DNA of 64,000 nucleotides from the human T2T-CHM13v2.0 reference genome, Homo sapiens. Below, one piece after another: positions 59,270 to 64,000 of this stretch. A program made the position numbers and the translations under genes. Location: the NCBI RefSeq assembly GCF_009914755.1, contig NC_060931.1; one strand, written 5' to 3'. A model generated the notes under the pieces. It saw nothing but the letters and a program-made list of their open reading frames with translations. It did not search any database and had not been told where the DNA came from. The stretch's first letter is position 1, and each line of letters begins with the position of its first letter.

Positions 59270-59644
59270 CTTTAAGTCATTTGTGTGGTGTGTCAAGTAG
59301 TGCTACCCAAAGGTCCCTCAAAAAGCATCATTCGCCCTTGCCTCTCCCAGTTCCGAGAGAGGAGACAGAATTCAGGGCTGAGCCTGTAGGCTGCGTGAGT
59401 CTCCTGCTCAGTCCTGAGAAGAAGACCTGGGCATGGGATGGGATTTAGATGTAGAATAGAACTGTTTACGGGGGCTCCCCTCTGTTCCCTGAGCATGGGT
59501 TGTCATTGGTTGGCACAAGTGCCACGGCTGACAAGCTCCTTTCTGAGGGAGCAGAGCTTGACCATATACAAGATATGATAATACTGTTTGTCAAGGATAC
59601 AGCCTGAAAGAATGAAATAGATTGACCCTAGGGAAGGCCACTAA

Positions 59645-59996
<352 letters not shown>

Positions 59997-60789
59997 TAAG
60001 TGTTCCTAAGCAACCCTTCTTAAAATTAGTTATTTTAATGGGACTTTTTGTGTTAGGTTATTTTAGAAACATTGGTCACGTGTATATACTTTGGGAATTA
60101 AAAAAGAAAAGTGGTGACAGGTTGGAAAAGTGTATCATCCAACTTCTGATCAAACATGGAGCATTAACTCTACACTTATATCATCTCTTCCTCCTGAAAC
60201 CCCATGAAGATGATAGAAAGACAAGAAGATCAAGTGTGAGGTACGAGGGAAAAGGGATTGGAGAGGAGGCAGCAGGAGGCTGTAGATGAGATGGCTTGTG
60301 AGACCTTTGCAGGATAGAAAGCACTTGGAGACACAGGAGCTGACCAGCGGAACGGGGACTGTTGCAGTCAGAGAGCCTGCAGATCAGTTTACCCGCGCAC
60401 CCTGGACAGGCTCGAGGACAGGCTGTGTTGGGGGGTTGGGGGCGGGTAGGGGGCAAGTGGCAGGAGTGGTGGGAAGTTTACACACAGCATGGTCGCCAGC
60501 TAACTCTGCACCATTTCCTGCCACCACCTCTCCCCCTTCCCGAGGACCAAATAGTTATTCAGCGGAGAAGTTGAGAAAGACCCCGTAGTCCAAATGCCAG
60601 GTGTAGCAGAGTGGGAGGTGAGGACCTGAGAGGAGAAGTCTGCAGACTGAATGGTGGGGCCACTATCCTATTTTCTGCCGTCCTTCCTCAGACACCAGCA
60701 ACTGATGTTTATGTCACAGTTTAGAAGCCAGGGGGCTGTCTCTGAAGAAATGGAATGGGTTCAGAGAGAGGACTTTCAGATATTTATAT

Positions 60790-61000
60790 CTGAAAACAGA
60801 AATTATACTAGGTATTTCAACAGAGGGATTTAACACATGGTAAAGCCCCTCTCCCTTTTCCCGCCCTCCAGTCTCCTGTGGCTGCTCAATGGCAGGTTCT
60901 AACGAGGAGCCAGCTGGCAAAGGGGCCTGCAAAACCAGTCTGCAGAGAATAGTGTGGAAAGGTGGGTTTGGAGCTGAGAAATCAGAAGCGAATGGCCCAC
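60790..61000 (-). mobile_element. Old ERVL-type LTR relic
   Basis: taggtatttcaacagagggatttaa..agccagctggcaaagg..ggtgggtttggagctgaga. Confidence 0.4.
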
Positions 61001-61044
61001 ACAGAGGCAAATACCAGATCACATGGTTAAAAAGTCTAACAGTC

Positions 61045-61670
<626 letters not shown>

Positions 61671-62359
61671 GTTTAAAAACAACAAAAAAAAAAACACCTG
61701 TACCATTAAGGGCTGAGATGGCAGACAAAACCTGAGCTTAGGTGAAGAGGAGTGTAACCTAGCAACATTGTGCTGGACTAGATGAATCCGCCTCGTGGAA
61801 CTACAGCCAGTGAGTAGGAGTTGTGGAAACAGATTTAATCTTTGGGAACTGTTTTGAATTATTTAGGTATCGGGGCTCCGTATTTTACAAGAAGCTGAGG
61901 CAGAAGCCATGTCATATGGACCAGCTCATCATGGTGTGAGCATAAGGAAAGACTGACTTCGTGGCAGATGGTCATTCTAAGGTTCCCTCAGGGTCATCAG
62001 TCATGAGCCCAAAATAGCACGATGCTGCAGAGGCTGCCATCCTGAGGGATGCGGCTGCCGATGTGGTTGCTGCCTGGCCTTCATCCCCTCAGTACCCAGG
62101 CAGAGACCGAGTGGGATGGTACCACTTGCTCCCTTGGGTGGGGAGGACGATTGGAGAAGGATGAGTGGGCTCACAACAGGTGCCCACTCAGCGGAATCCA
62201 ATTTCCTGTCTCTGAAAGGAGAATCAGTTTGTGAAATTGACCTTAATCAAGGGTGATCTGTTCGGAGAGTGCTCTATGGATGCCATTCTTTTCTGGGTCT
62301 TTTGGCCAGTTATGGAACAAAGCTCCTCAGTACCTGGCATTGCTTTGACACTGGCATGG

Positions 62360-62674
62360 AGTCAGGCATGGTGGCTCATGCATGTAATCTCAGCGCTTAG
62401 GGAGGGTGAAGCGGGAGGGTCACCTGAGCCCAGGAGTTTGAAACCAGCCTGGGCAACACAGGGAGAGTTTGTCTTTCCAAAAAATGCAAAAAAAAATTAG
62501 CCAGATGTAGTGGTTCATGCCTGTAGTCCCAGCTACTCAAGAGGCTGAGGCATGAGGATTGCTTGAACCCGGGAGTTCAAGGCTGCAGTGAGTTATGAGT
62601 GCACCACTGCACTCCCGCCTGGGCAACAGGACGAGACCCCCTTCCTAAATAACAAAACAAAATAACAAAAAAAA
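62360..62674 (+). mobile_element. AluJ
   Basis: gagcccaggagtttg, aggattgcttga, ggctgcagtgagttatg. Confidence 0.9.
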
Positions 62675-63130
62675 CCCTTGCATTAACCTTAAACTGGGCC
62701 TCTCATAACTGCCTGGCTCCAGACCATTCCAGCCCCCCACTTCCATGCCCTAAAATGTCCAGATCCTGACCTGCAATTGCCTGAGGCCATGGGTCCTGAA
62801 CCCCTTCACCCCTTCACCACAGACTCAACTGCATGTGCCTTTCCTCCTCCCTCTTTGCTTTCCTCTTCTCTTTCTTCCATCATTTCTAGTGAACATTAGA
62901 TAATTAATTTTGTTGTTTTCCTAAGATCTACGTTCTTGAGGGCATGCACCGTGACTTATATAACTTTATATTCACTGTTCCCCTGCCCAGGCAGACCCAG
63001 CAGAAAACTAACCTGTGTCATTCATGTTAGTTGATGAATAAGCGAATAATGCAAATCAGGCTTTTATGCTCTCACTCTCTAACCCACTGCCATCAGGTGC
63101 CTGAATATTGCCTTCTCTCCCTTTCTCCCT

Positions 63131-63305
63131 CCCATCCATCCATCCATCCATCCATCCACCTGTCCATCCATCCATCTAACTACTACCCCCTCCTCCTGCA
63201 GTCTCCCATCCATCCATCCATCCATCCATCCATCCGTCTGTCCATCCATCCGTCCAACTACTACCCCCTCCCCCTCCAGTCTCCCATCCACCCATCCATC
63301 CAACC
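63131..63305. repeat. (CCAT)n compound repeat with a 74/78-bp higher-order duplication
   Basis: Blocks (ccat)n-ctgt-(ccat)n-aactactaccccctc..cagtct start at 63131, 63205 and (partial) 63283. Confidence 0.9.
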
Positions 63306-64000
63306 CATTTGCTTCTCTGTACCTCTCACTCTTGAGCTTGTTGACTTAACATCAGGACCATTGATGGTTCCTGCCTACAGTCCCCATCACCTTCCTCTAG
63401 CACTGGCGTTTTAACATAGAAAGCTTAATGAGTGCATTCAGTTCTGCTTTGGAACAATGAAATGTTAACTTTGTAATAACTCAAGCCTTTCACATAAGGG
63501 GGAGGAAAAGATTCATTTCACAATGATACTGAGAATTGTGTAGGAGCTAATGGAAAAAAGGTCAAAGGATTTTAGATCCTAGAAATGGGACAATGACAAA
63601 AATTAGTACTATTAAGAAGAGTGATGTGCTGTTATGAAAAATATCTACCCAAATGTCCCTTTAAAAAGTTATATTTCCATGTAAGGGTTATAATTTTAAT
63701 ATTTTGGTCTGTTTCCGTAAAAGACATTACATTTCTAAATTTGAAGGCAAATTTCCAATATTAAAAGATCCTGTCAATGATTCATTTACTCAGCTTTAAA
63801 TCTTGTCTTCCATTCCTCTTTGAAAAGACCTGATTATTATTAATAATCAGCTCTGCCTAAGTTGTATTCTCCTTGGATAGAAAAGCTATGTATTTGAAGA
63901 TCTTATGCTCTACAAGAAAATCCTGCCCAGCGATTGACGTGACAAACGCTGAATATTTCAGTGCACAATGACGGTGGCTTTCAGCTCATGAAAGGCTTCC

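Noticed and set aside
63031-63414. 127-aa HPSI-rich ORF
   Set aside because: Translation of the (CCAT)n repeat.

Overview
Repeat-rich, apparently non-coding human genomic DNA. Two AluYb8 elements (a human-specific subfamily) fix the species. The predominance of minus-strand L1 relics suggests an intron of a large gene transcribed on the + strand, but this is inference and I cannot name the gene. I found no credible protein-coding gene: the supplied ORFs are Alu, L1 or Tigger1 read-throughs or chance frames. By eye about half of the window is interspersed repeat: Alu, nested old L1, MaLR and ERV solo LTRs, Tigger1, Tigger4, Ricksha, MADE1, MER20, MER30, MER5A, MIR and L2. Subfamily names were assigned by recall of consensus sequences, not by RepeatMasker. 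I see no evidence for a new multi-gene biological system. The most notable structures are: (i) a closely spaced inverted pair of AluYb8; (ii) a 13-copy ~59-bp E-box-rich minisatellite born from an L1 3'UTR; (iii) a ~225-bp templated insertion next to a ~130-bp micro-inversion at 40.2-41.6 kb; (iv) a 33-nt U2 snRNA retrocopy whose departures from U2 perfect a hairpin with its own target-site duplication (TSD); (v) several smaller template-switch scars, internally deleted L1s and a trimeric Alu.
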